Assembly: GCA_015680685.1 (NCBI GenBank)
Contig: MNCI01000270.1
Span: 110,341-174,340 of the forward strand
DNA from: Gnetum montanum
Taxonomy: Eukaryota; Plantae; Gnetophyta
Length of the DNA: 64,000 nucleotides
Direction: 5' to 3'
Every line of letters begins with the position of its first letter. Position 1 is the first letter of the stretch. The position numbers and the translations under genes are program-made. Below are positions 13,730-24,942 of the stretch, one piece after another. The notes beneath the pieces are model-generated. The model was not told the DNA's origin. It saw only the letters and a program-made list of their open reading frames with translations, and searched no databases.

Positions 13730-14530
13730 CCCTGTTGTTATTGTTGACTATTTCACAAAGTGGGTAGAAGCAGCTACTATTATAGATTGTACATCATCTA
13801 CCACTGCACGATTTGTTCAACAACAAATCATTAATAGGTTTGGTGTGCCTCGTGCACTTATTTCTAACAATGATACATACTTTACAGGTGCAACTTTTCG
13901 AAAGTTGATGCAACGCTTAGGAGTGGAACACAAGCTGACTACACCATACCACCCTCAAGCGAATGGTCAAGCCTAAGTAACCAATAGGGAGATTACGAAA
14001 ATATTGACAAGAACCATTAGCAAGTATAGGTGAGAGTGGAGCACCAAACTAAACGATGCTCTTTGGGCATATTGCTCCACATGGAAACCCCCTATAGGCT
14101 ACTCTCCCTATGAGTTAGTCTATGGAAAACTCTCAATGCTTCCTATTCAAGTAGAAATCTGTACACTATCTACGACATGTGATCTCAACCTTGACCTTAA
14201 TCTAGCACAAAAAGAATGGTTAATGAACCTTAACCTACTAGATGAGAACCGATTAGTTGCTCTGTCATCTAATGAATTGCACAAGGCTTTTAATAAACGA
14301 CAACATGACCTAAGGATTAGAAAAGTTAAATATCAACTGGGAGATAAGGTTGTTTATTGGAACCCCACACACGTGCCACAATGCACTAAATTTCAAATGC
14401 TATGGGAAGGACCTTATATTATGCATGCAACTTTTCCTTTAGGGGCCATGATGATTTACAAACTTGAGAGCCTAGATAAGAAATTGTCGGTCAACATCCA
14501 ACAAGCCAAACCTTTCCATGAGCCTAGAAC
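13730..14530 (+). pseudogene. A1 integrase remnant
   Basis: IVDYFTKWVEA, RFGVPRALISNN, TPYHPQANGQA, GYSPYELVYGK, WEGPY. Confidence 0.92.
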
Positions 14531-16635
14531 AATCAATACCAATACTACCTCTATTGATGGACAACCCTACTCGCTATTCCAGATCTCCTCCCTCCAACTC
14601 AGTCATCAGGGAGAGGGCCACCAATGCTAATCATTCTCAACCCTTAATCCCTTTTGTATTTTTGTTTTACAGATTTTTATTCTACACACTTTTTCATATT
14701 TACTTATTTTTTTTTACACCATCGTTACCATTTTTACTATTTCTTTGTTTGTTTGATTTACTTTCGTTTGTCATACAATAAGTGCTCATGCTGGTAGATT
14801 GTCCTATAATGGTGTTGATTGTTAATGTTTGGTTTTTAGCTTTGATTTTTAATCTTGATACTAAGATATGGTTCTTTTGATAAAATAGGCAATGAGTTCA
14901 CGACATCCATTCCTCCATTTAACTCTACGGTCCCCCTTGTCTTGGAAATGTACTATCCTTTTTTCTAAATAAACTTATTAATGAATTGGTGACTTGATAC
15001 TCTTCAAACTAGGGAAGGACTCAATGGTTGAAAAGGGTGTGACTTCAAGGGGATTTGACACACTTGTGCTAGCTATTCTCTTGGGTACTTGGATGTTTTT
15101 CATGGGTTTTCTGCCATTTCTCTATTGACCAACTATTAGGAAGTTGAATGAATCTAAATAAGTCTTTGCATGGTGTGGTTCTCACAGAAAAAAAACTAGT
15201 GGGAATTCAAAGCACACCCCTTAGACGTAATAAAGAAACATGGGCTACAAACATTGGTTATGACACTAGAAAGACATGTTACCCATGCCTGAAGGTTCCC
15301 TCTAAGTAAGGCCCTTTCTCGCTTCCTGCTTCCCTATCTTTCTCTCCTTAGAATGGTGGTGACTAGATTGATGCATTCTTGTTGCTTCATGAGGATGGGT
15401 TGGTCAAATGTATTGATGCGAGGTCACTAGTTATGGTTGGTGAGTTTGGACTTGGGATGAATTTTATTCAATCACCGTAACCATCTAATACACAAGGGAC
15501 TCTACACAACCTTACTCTTGGGATTCCATTCCATTTTCTCCTCTCCTTCCATACTGTTGGCACATTTGGCCATTTCATGGAACATAGATATGAGATGATT
15601 GAAACCTTCAAAATATTTCAATAGAACTATTGAAATGGCAAGATGTAGGTTTCAAAGGTATTGATTCTTGTCACTCGCTAAAAAAGATTGGATGAGATGG
15701 GATGCATTTATTCTCCCTAATTTTAGTTCTTCAGATTATCAATCGGACTGATACTTAGCATGGGAAACAAGCATATGATTTTGGTTCTCAAAATTCACTA
15801 GGTTGGAACTTTTATGTGGCTCAATTTTGTAGAATTCTTTGATCATTACTTATCCTTACTGAAGATGTTCACCTTCTTCCAACACATCTCTTTTGTGGAT
15901 ATTGAATTGACAAGCAAGGAATCTTTAGTGTTAGAAATACTTTTAGGAATTGATCATTTGGATACAAACGGTTTATTTTCATTGCCTTCAGAAAATTGCT
16001 TAAAGATTGATAAAAGAAAAATATCCTTATTGTTGATGTTTGAAAAGATTCATTGCAAGGAATATGAAACTTGAAAATCGTTTGAGGATGATTTTGAAAT
16101 AGCATGACAAAATGTTCAGAGTAATTATAAAGAGGGAATTGAGAAGTGGGATGCTACATATAGCATGCTCCTTTATGGTAGAAAATATTTTGAGGAGTTT
16201 GCCGATAAAGTACAAATATATTTTCCATATTGATAGTTCAGAGATTGTCATGAACAAATGTTTGTATGAACTATCCCATCAGAATATTGGTGAAAGTTTT
16301 CAATATCTGTGTGTCTTCATTTACATCTGCATGAAACATCTTGCCTGCTAAGGTTACTGAAGAGTTTGAACATAATGTGGCGTTGGATTCCAAAATGTAT
16401 GTCTAGAGTTGTGAAAATTTGTGGAGCAATGAAACCGTATATACTTTCCCTGCCCAACGCTAACATTTCTAGTGGAGAATGCACACGTTAAAGAAACTAA
16501 CGGTTGCAAAATTGCGGAGGGCATGGAGGTTTCTAGGTTTGAATTTCTACAGGGCAGTGGGGCTCGCTTGCCGATCTGGCTTTGGTTGGACTCATGGACA
16601 CTATTTGCAATGCCGTGTGCATACGTAGGTAAATC

Positions 16636-16735
16636 TGGTACTGCTACCAGCACCATGGTTCAATTCGCGGGCCACGCAGCTGCAACACAAACCTGCGTTG
16701 CCCTTTTTGCAATGATGGATTCATGGAGGAATGCG
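16636..16735 (+). pseudogene. Captured N-terminal zinc-ribbon of a RING1-like (RNF126-type) E3 ligase
   Basis: Frame not shown in the ORF track reads WYCYQHHGSIRGPRSCNTNLRCPFCNDGFMEE, resembling the WCxxC...CPxCxxGFxEE pattern (second Cys is His here). Confidence 0.6.
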
Positions 16736-17030
16736 AATCAGAGATTCATAGCCATGGCAGGAACCCTAGCAACTCTAGCGATGACTCGGATGAAGAATTC
16801 ATGGCAGACATGATGTATTCCATATGAAGGTATCTGGCCAAACATTACGAAGTGCCTATGTCATCGACGATTATTTTCCAATGGGTTCGCCATTCAACAT
16901 GCATGCCCATGATGATGAGTTCCCATTCAGGCTTCGCAGGCTGAGGCATGGGCATTTCAATTTCGGTGCGGATTTCTTCATCAAGCAGCTGCAATTTCCT
17001 GCAACAAGATGCAACGACGGATTCTCAGCA

Positions 17031-17240
17031 TTGAATGCAAATTTGAGACGATACAACTATGAGAAGTCGATTCCCGTTCAGAAGTACGCAATTCCGATTT
17101 CCCTGGCTGGACAAGACCTTATGGCTTGCGTGCAGACCAGATCAGGGAAAATTGCCACGTTCTACTCTCTGATTATCACAGGGATTCAGTGCAGGCCCTG
17201 CCTTGCTCCTTCCTATGGTGCCCACAAAGCATTTTCGCGT
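17031..17240 (+). pseudogene. Captured DEAD-box helicase fragment, DDX3/DED1 (plant RH11/37/52) type
   Basis: LNANLRRYNYEKSIPVQKYAIPISLAGQDLMACVQTRSGKIATF = Q motif plus degenerate motif I. Confidence 0.88.
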
Positions 17241-17906
17241 CTCCTAAACCCACATCTAGCTGCCCTAGTCTAACAGCGGTCGTTCCTGGGCAAACAGGCG
17301 AAATGGTGACAAAAACCATGACAAGAGACGATTGGCTCGGCTTGGTTTCAAAAGACTACGCGCTTTGGAATACGATCAGTACCTCTTTCAGGAATACATT
17401 CAAAGAATATACAACTGCACTGATCTTCAGGGTTTCTGGTTTTCAACGTCATGTGGGAGATGCTAAGAGAAATTAATCCATGGACTACGGCAAAAACAGA
17501 AAAATCTAAGCTGGGATTCACTGTGTTTTTAGCAGGAATTATTTTAGCAAAATTTTTGAATCAATATGTGGAGGTCCCACCGTTTATGTCGGAATTGTTA
17601 TTGGATATAACTACCATGGCATAGCATTTCGTTTTAATACATTTTGCAGGTTCAAATCCTTCAACTCACAGATGATTTGGACAAATAGAGGTTGATGGCA
17701 GGTAGGAAGAAAATCATGGATCCCAAGCATTAGAAATATGGACAAATATTACACACTTACATATATATTTATATATTAACCCATCCATGTATGCATCAAC
17801 TCCATGGTTATTATCTCTACTACTATGATGTAAATAACAATAAAATATTTTATGATTTAAAAAGGGAATTTGTGCAACAATTTTTCAAAGTCCCATGTGA
17901 ATTGAA

Positions 17907-18115
17907 CACTTGTCAATTGAAATGGTGGTTATAACCACCACCAAGGCCACTTGTCAACTACAACTTTTTTATCTCCACAATAACCACTTGTCAACTAAAT
18001 GGGCCACTTGTTAACTAAACGGGACACTTGTCAACTACAACTTTTTTATCTCCATGGTGACCACTTGGCAACTGAATGAAGACACTTGGCCACTAAATAG
18101 GACACTTGTCAACTG
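17907..18115 (+). repeat. Array of ~8 CACTTGTCAACT-like motifs upstream of the G1 TATA box
   Basis: Copies near 17907, 17947, 17984, 18004, 18024, 18061, 18082, 18102; CTATAAAAA at ~18253. Confidence 0.8.
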
Positions 18116-19261
18116 CAGCTTTTTTATCTCTATGGTGGTTGCAACCACCCAAAAGTTTTGTAACTTACCTAACTTTTTGGGCAAGTAATTAACTTCCTTA
18201 CTTGGGAGAAAAGTTAGCTAAGATATTTTAGAATGTAACTATCTTATGAACCCTATAAAAAGGATTTAGGGGTAAGAGATCAGAGACACTCAATATCACA
18301 AGGACTTTTGGAAGGACTACAAGCTCTCACTTGGGGGAGGACTTAGAGACACACTTGTAGTCACACATTGTGAAAGATTGCTTGTAAGATGGCTTGCTAA
18401 AGAAAAGATTGCAACCTCTTTGTCATAGTCCTGTGAGTTATGTTTTATTTTTATTTTGTCTAAATTTTTTAGCTAGTGGTTTAGATAGTATCATCTTTGG
18501 CAAGTAATTTTGGGATTTTTAGATTGCTCTTATTGTTCTTGTTGCATAATTTGAAAATTTTTATTAAAATTTTGCCATAGAAGCACTAGTGTTTGAAAGC
18601 CTTCAGAGCATTTTAGTAGTGAATTTGGTTATTGTGCAATGTATAAGAATTGCTATTGAGATCGTTGTAAGAGAGCCTCTGCTTGTAGTTATGTCGTTGA
18701 ACCATTCAATAGTCAAGAGGGTTTAGAAAATCTTTGGTATTTTGATGGGACCAGAATAGCTTCTTTTTATCTTTAAAGTGAATCTCCATGATATTTCAAT
18801 CAAAAATTGTCAAGTCTTTTGAAGGTTCTGTTAAATGCAATTGTTGACATCCATTATCTAGCCAAAATGGAGTCTCGTACGTGATAGTTTACGCAGTAAT
18901 TTTTGGTANNNNNNNNNNNNNNNNNNNNNNNNNNNNNNNNNNNNNNNNNNNNNNNNNNNNNNNNNNNNNNNNNNNNNNNNNNNNNNNNNNNNNNNNNNNN
19001 NNNNNNNNNNNNNNNNNNNNNNNNNNNNNNNNNNNNNNNNCCGCCACAGCACACACACATACTCACATTAACTATTGAGTTTATTTGGAGGTATCTGGGC
19101 CTTGGTGTTGCCAGAGACCAGCAAGCACCTAAATCCTGTTTGAGGACACTCGTTGGCGGTTGCGTCCCAAATGGTCACCAACACATACTTCTTCCCATAT
19201 TCCACCTCATTGCCAATTTTATGATTAGTCTATGTCTTGGTTAACACATTGTTAGTCTTTG

Positions 19262-20600
19262 TGTTGGCAACCATTTGGGATGCAATCCCCAACGAGTGTC
19301 CTTGAACAGGATTTAGGTGCTTGCTGGTCTCTGGCAACACCAAGGCCCAGATACCTCCAAATAGACTCAGTAGTTAATGTGAGTATGTGTGTGTGCTATC
19401 ATGAAAAATGAAACGGTTGGGTTGTGTGTAAAATTTGAAATGAGTTATCTTAAAGAGATTCAACCAACTTTGCAAAGTACTGTGAGTTGTCAAGAGTTCC
19501 TATTTTGTTCAATTGCCTAGTCTATGCGGTCCTTATAATACCTACTTGTAACAAATAAAGTTTTGCAAAAACATTTGAGCACAACTTTGCAAATCTACTT
19601 CTAATTTTCCCCAGAGANNNNNNNNNNNNNNNNNNNNNNNNNNNNNNNNNNNNNNNNNNNNNNNNNNNNNNNNNNNNNNNNNNNNNNNNNNNNNNNNNNN
19701 NNNNNNNNNNNNNNNNNNNNNNNNNNNNNNNNNNNNNNNNNNNNNNNNNNNNNNNNNNNNNNNNNNNNNNNNNNNNNNNNNNNNNNNNNNNNNNNNNNNN
19801 NNNNNNNNNNNNNNNNNNNNNNNNNNNNNNNNNNNNNNNNNNNNNNNNNNNNNNNNNNNNNNNNNNNNNNNNNNNNNNNNNNNNNNNNNNNNNNNNNNNN
19901 NNNNNNNNNNNNNNNNNNNNNNNNNNNNNNNNNNNNNNNNNNNNNNNNNNNNNNNNNNNNNNNNNNNNACTAGATACAGAGGCTCTCTTACAACAATCTC
20001 AATAGCGGTTCTTATACATTGCACAATAATAAAATTCACTACTAAAATGCTCTTAAGGCTTTCAAACAAAAGCTCTTCTATGAAAAAATTTTAATAGAAA
20101 TTTTCTATCATGCTACAAGAACAATAAGAGCAATCTAAAAATCCCAAAATTATTTGCCAAGCATGATACTATCTAAACCACTAGCTAAATAATTTAAACA
20201 AAATAAAAAATAAACATAACTCATAGGACTATGACAAAGAGGCTAAAGTGTTGTCTTTAACAAGTTATCTTACAAGTAATCTTTCACAATGTCTTCTTTA
20301 CAAATGCTCTTCCCCCAAGCCACCAAGACCCAGAGCGAGACCCCCCTCAGAGACCTCTTTCCTTCCTACCCTTGAAGCCCTTTTATAGTAACCTCAAGGT
20401 AGTTACAATCATCATGAGAAGGTGAGATAAGTTACAAACATTATGGGTGGTTATAACCACCATAGAGATAAAAAAGTTGCAGTTGACAAGTGTTCCATTT
20501 AGTTTCCTAGTGGTCACCATGGAGATTAAAAAAGTTGTAGTTGACAAGTGGCCCTTGTAGTGTTTATAACCATCATGTCAATTGAGAGGCTACAATTGTC
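19262..20600 (-). mobile_element. G2: inverted copy of the giant-LTR 3' block (5' end not located; possible cargo ~20830-21800)
   Basis: 19262-19397 is the reverse complement of 19048-19183 with a few substitutions; 19969-20590 mirrors ~17910-18680. Confidence 0.85.
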
Positions 20601-22437
20601 ATGAAATTACAACATTTATAGGAAATTTAAAATGAAGCCAAGTATCTAGTGGCTATATTCACCATAGGGTTAATGTTTATAGGTGATGAATATCTTGTAG
20701 TTGCAACCATCATGATAGACTAGGGAGCCATGGAGGACTCATGTTTTGTTTCTACATGTCTCATTATAGTATGGCCATAAATATATTCATATTTCAATTT
20801 TATGACCCCAAACAACCATAGTAACTTATCCAAATTGGTACCCATTTATCTATATTATTATTTTTCTTATGTCACTCCCAATTTATGTGCAAATTCTCTA
20901 GATCATGAGGATGTTTGGCTTTTTGGAATAATAAAACCGTAGTCAAGATGTTTGCAGCATATTTTTTACAAATTATTGCGTGAGCTTGTTTCATCAAGAG
21001 TAATGTTTGAACTGAAACTGGGATAATGAGCAACGCCAACTCCCTCATACGCAAATATTTCAAATTAACAGGAAATTCACGGCTGTTAATCATCAAGCTT
21101 CTGACTTGCAGCAAAGAAATGAAGAATTCCGCCATTTGCTAGTGTGGTATTGTAATTCATCCTTGCTTCGGTAGTTGCAAATGTCGAGTCACTGGTGTCG
21201 TCTAGATACACCAAAGCTCTGTTTTTAGTGACAGTTATTCAGTATCAAAAGGTTTGAAACTCTTCTGAGCATCCTGGCAATTTTTACATGAACTGTACGT
21301 GCCCTACACCAGTGGAGCCAAAGGCGCAATGGAAATGATTACAACCATCGTTCGCAGTGAGACCTCCATGTGTGCTCAGCGTTCACTGAATGTTTGGGAC
21401 CAGATTCTTGGCAAGATGCCCTTGTCTACCATGATTTAAGATTTCCGTCAGCTACGGTTATGCACTACATTTTTCTTGGAGTTTATTTCTCTACCATGCC
21501 CTGGTGCTCTGTCAAATACGAGCTAGAAACACTATTGCATTTTTGCCCTTTTATGTGAAGACTCCACTCTCTATATACTGTGGATTATTGAAGGAGATCT
21601 TCTTTTTCTTTTGTAGGTTCCAGGAGCAAATGATAACTCTGGTTTAGGATTCTAACCGCCTGAAATATTTGCCCTAGATTTACCTAGGGCTTCCTACGTT
21701 TTTCTTTCTAAATTCATTTTATTCAATTTGTGAATCAGGGACAGCTGTTGTATGATTTGGGTGCTAATATTGGCAAGATTTTGATATATTCTTGATGCTT
21801 GTCTTGCTGTTTTTCTTCTAAAACTGTTGCTCATAACCTATTCTTAGTTGTAGGGGCCCTGTCACAAATTTTTCCATTCAATTACCTATCTCACCCCTAC
21901 ACCTTGGGTAGTTATTAGTTAAAAACCTCTAACCTAGTATCTGCCATACCCATAACCCAGCCAATGCACTTATATCAAAGCAAGGTATTAATTGCATTAT
22001 GGCTTATATATCCTTGCTAATTTGTGACTGTGTTGTATGTGCAGATGGCGATTACATGAACAATGGATTGGGATAGGAGGAAGTACTCGAGACGGACTGG
22101 AGCTGGAGCATTTACATAATGAACAAGTTTGGTCATGTGGCTATGGATAAACAACGGAATGCACATTTTTGACATGGGTAGCAATGCACCTTATTTTCTT
22201 TTTTTTCTCTCTCTTTCTTTTCAAGTTGTCAAATGAGGATCTCGATGTTATCTATGTACAGTGTTCACCACAATGGGCATGAACACCAATGTTGTAATAT
22301 GTTTGTTGATCTGTTCACTAGGCACTTTGAGTCTATTATTCCATGTCACTGTTAGTTCTCATTTAGTCAATAATCCCATACCTTCCCAATATTTTGTAAG
22401 GAACTCGAGGACGAGTTTTCATTTAGTCGTAGGGGTA

Positions 22438-23288
22438 TGATGATCTGCGATATCAGGGTCACGATATCACATCTACGATATTAGGTATACGATATTAGGG
22501 CCTTCTAAGCGATATCGGACATCTGATATTGAGGCCTATCTTGTCACCTATAAATAAGAGGCGGGCGTACTTGGTTTGGCAATAGTTAGTTGATTAGTCT
22601 TAGTCCCTTACCTGAACTCTTGCCTTTTTCCCTTCTCAGAGTTAGAATTATTTCTGAGTGCTTGTAGTAGGAGTCATAAAGCAAATGGATCCTTATTCGA
22701 GCATTGTGTACTTGAGCACACATTGTGGCTGGAAATAAAGACAAACTTTGTTATAAACCTTGCAACATTCAAAATAGCTTATTTAATGTTATTTATAGTT
22801 ATTTAATGCTTTCCTTAGTTAATTAATGTTCTCTCTCTCTCATCTTGTTAGCTCTCCCAAGTAAGCACATTTAGTACGACCACATCGAGCATGCGTGGAA
22901 CACTTGGTAACCTAGTAACGATTAGCATTTGATAATTCTAGTAGTGTTGCACTGGTTCAGGATGTGTACGACAAGTGGGAACAGATGCTGGTGTTAGGAC
23001 TAGTTAGAGTATAGTAGATTAGTTAAATTGAATTAGTTATTTAATTAGTTCACTTCTCCGTTTGTAGCACTAGGGCATAAAACATTAGAAAATATATAAA
23101 AATCATATACCTCAAGTTTACTTAACCATACAATCGTGCTATACAAGTAAGCTTGGGAAGACAATGATTGACTAACCTGCCTAGGTTCTGTAAACACGCA
23201 TAAGCACCTAGTCCTTGAAATTTGACCAAATCATGCATGTACGCTCGTATTCATATGGTTGAGCATAGGGATACCTCGTCGCTCATCA
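22438..23288 (+). repeat. A1 3' LTR
   Basis: TGATGA...CTCATCA, preceded by AACTCGAGGACGAGTTTTCATTTAGTCGTAGGGGTA. Confidence 0.92.
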
Positions 23289-24942
23289 CATATTGAAGCT
23301 TTCAAATAGAGTAAAAGATAAGCAATTAAAGACACTTCCAAATGCAAAGAAAGGAAGTAGATATTTGATCATCAAGAATGACTTCATTGATGCTTGGTTG
23401 AAGGTTATTACAAATTCCAGATATCAATTTTCAAGTGTGATTTGTAACATTACACTCGAGAAAAAAAAACATGAGAACAAGAGTTTTCACTTTCAGGTAA
23501 AGGACATTGAGAAGAAACAATTCTCATATGTTTAAGATGAGTGTTGAAAATTCCTTGAGGAATAAGACACCATAACAAATATAAATTTTTGAAAAGATAG
23601 GAGCTCTCCAAATATCTTTCATATTTCATTCCTTTCTTACTGTTGGTACATTTTAGCCATTTCATGGAGTAGGATTTATGGGCTTGTGACACTAAAAGAG
23701 TTAGATGAAATACTGGTTGGTAACAACAACATCAAGAGGAAATTCCATATGGCATCCAGAAAACTCAATAGAGATAGTAGTTACCTCCATAACAACATCT
23801 AGCTAGAAACTTTAATGGGTGGCTCTCCTGAGTTTCTTGCATCACTTACATTTTCTAATAATGAAATGGAGTCTACAACAAAGCTAATGTTGACATTCAA
23901 AACAATTATTTGGTGTTGTTTCCCTACAACCACAACAAATTATCATTACTAATAAATCATATTTTTCGGAAACTAAGATGTCTTAGCCCTGATGTTGAAT
24001 CTCATGCTATGTTATTGAATATCTGATATTGTGGGATGTATGCTTGCTTATAAATACAGTACTTGGGCGCATGATTCAAATAACTTTCATTCCACCCTTA
24101 GGTAGAGTCTTGCAATTTCGTTTCATAGTTTTAGCAATAAAGTGAATGCCTGTAGTGTGGTGTTGAGCAGTTGTATAGAATCTTTATTCAAGTGAAGTGT
24201 ATTTGGGCATAGTTGATGTCTGAAAATGAAGATTGAGATTGTTTTTCATCATTGCAGCATCCACTTCGTTTTACTGTTTTACTAAGCATAGTTTTTACTA
24301 TTTTCTTAGTTTAATCATTTACATTTCCAAGTATTTTACTTTCTTGTTCATTAGTAAAGTGGAATGAATACGACTAGTTTTGAGCATTTAAGTGTAATCG
24401 TTTGGTAATTCCTATAGTATTATTGCTTAGTTTGCCCAGTAGCATAACACTTGGTAACCTAGTAATGGTTATATGAGCCCAAGACATGTATGATAAGCTA
24501 GGACCAGATGCTCATCACTCTAAGCTAGAGTAGATTTACATTACCTTCATTACTTAGATTTAGTATTAAATTTCATTCTCAATTATGTTTAATTCTAGGA
24601 GTAATTAGGGCCTAACAACATTAATTATCATATGCCTCACTTTGGACTAAACCATATGTGACAAAGCTACCACTAGTCTAAGTAGGAAGAGAGTGTCCTG
24701 CGATTAATACTTAACAATCTAGATGCCACAACTAGTCGCATCCATGAAATTTGATTGGATTATGCGTGAATGCTTGTGGTTTGTATGGTTGGATGTAGGG
24801 TAGCCTACCGCTCATCATTGGCATTGTTGCCAAGGATGCTGCTAGTTATTTAGATTAATTATATTATAAATGATTACTGTAAAAGTATTAACAATTTATC
24901 TTTTAGAAAATATTAATATTTTAAGTCACACCCATTAAAACC

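Larger units (their letters stand above)
15555..19183 (+). mobile_element. Giant solo-LTR-like unit G1 (3.6 kb) with host-gene cargo, nested in A1
   Basis: Starts TGTTGGCACATTTGGCCATTTCATGGA, ends GGTCACCAACA; perfect TSD CATAC (15550-15554 / 19184-19188); 3' block shared with 33100-34402 and 46200-47148. Confidence 0.88.
9923..23288 (+). mobile_element. Athila-like Ty3/gypsy LTR retrotransposon A1, non-autonomous
   Basis: TGATGA...TCATCA LTR termini, perfect TSD CATAT (9918-9922 / 23289-23293), tRNA-Asp-type PBS, GTAGGGGTA before the 3' LTR, gag/protease/integrase remnants. Confidence 0.93.

Noticed and set aside
17907-18115. CRISPR-like appearance of spaced repeats
   Set aside because: Eukaryotic LTR context, 12-nt units, spacers are themselves repetitive, no cas genes
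18854-20069. ORFs containing X runs
   Set aside because: Artefacts of N gaps at 18909-19040 and 19618-19968
22261-22322. Hairpin GTGTTCA..TGAACAC followed by CTAG, suggesting a Helitron 3' end for the cargo
   Set aside because: A similar hairpin occurs in A3 (~53162-53186), so it belongs to the Athila-like 3' region
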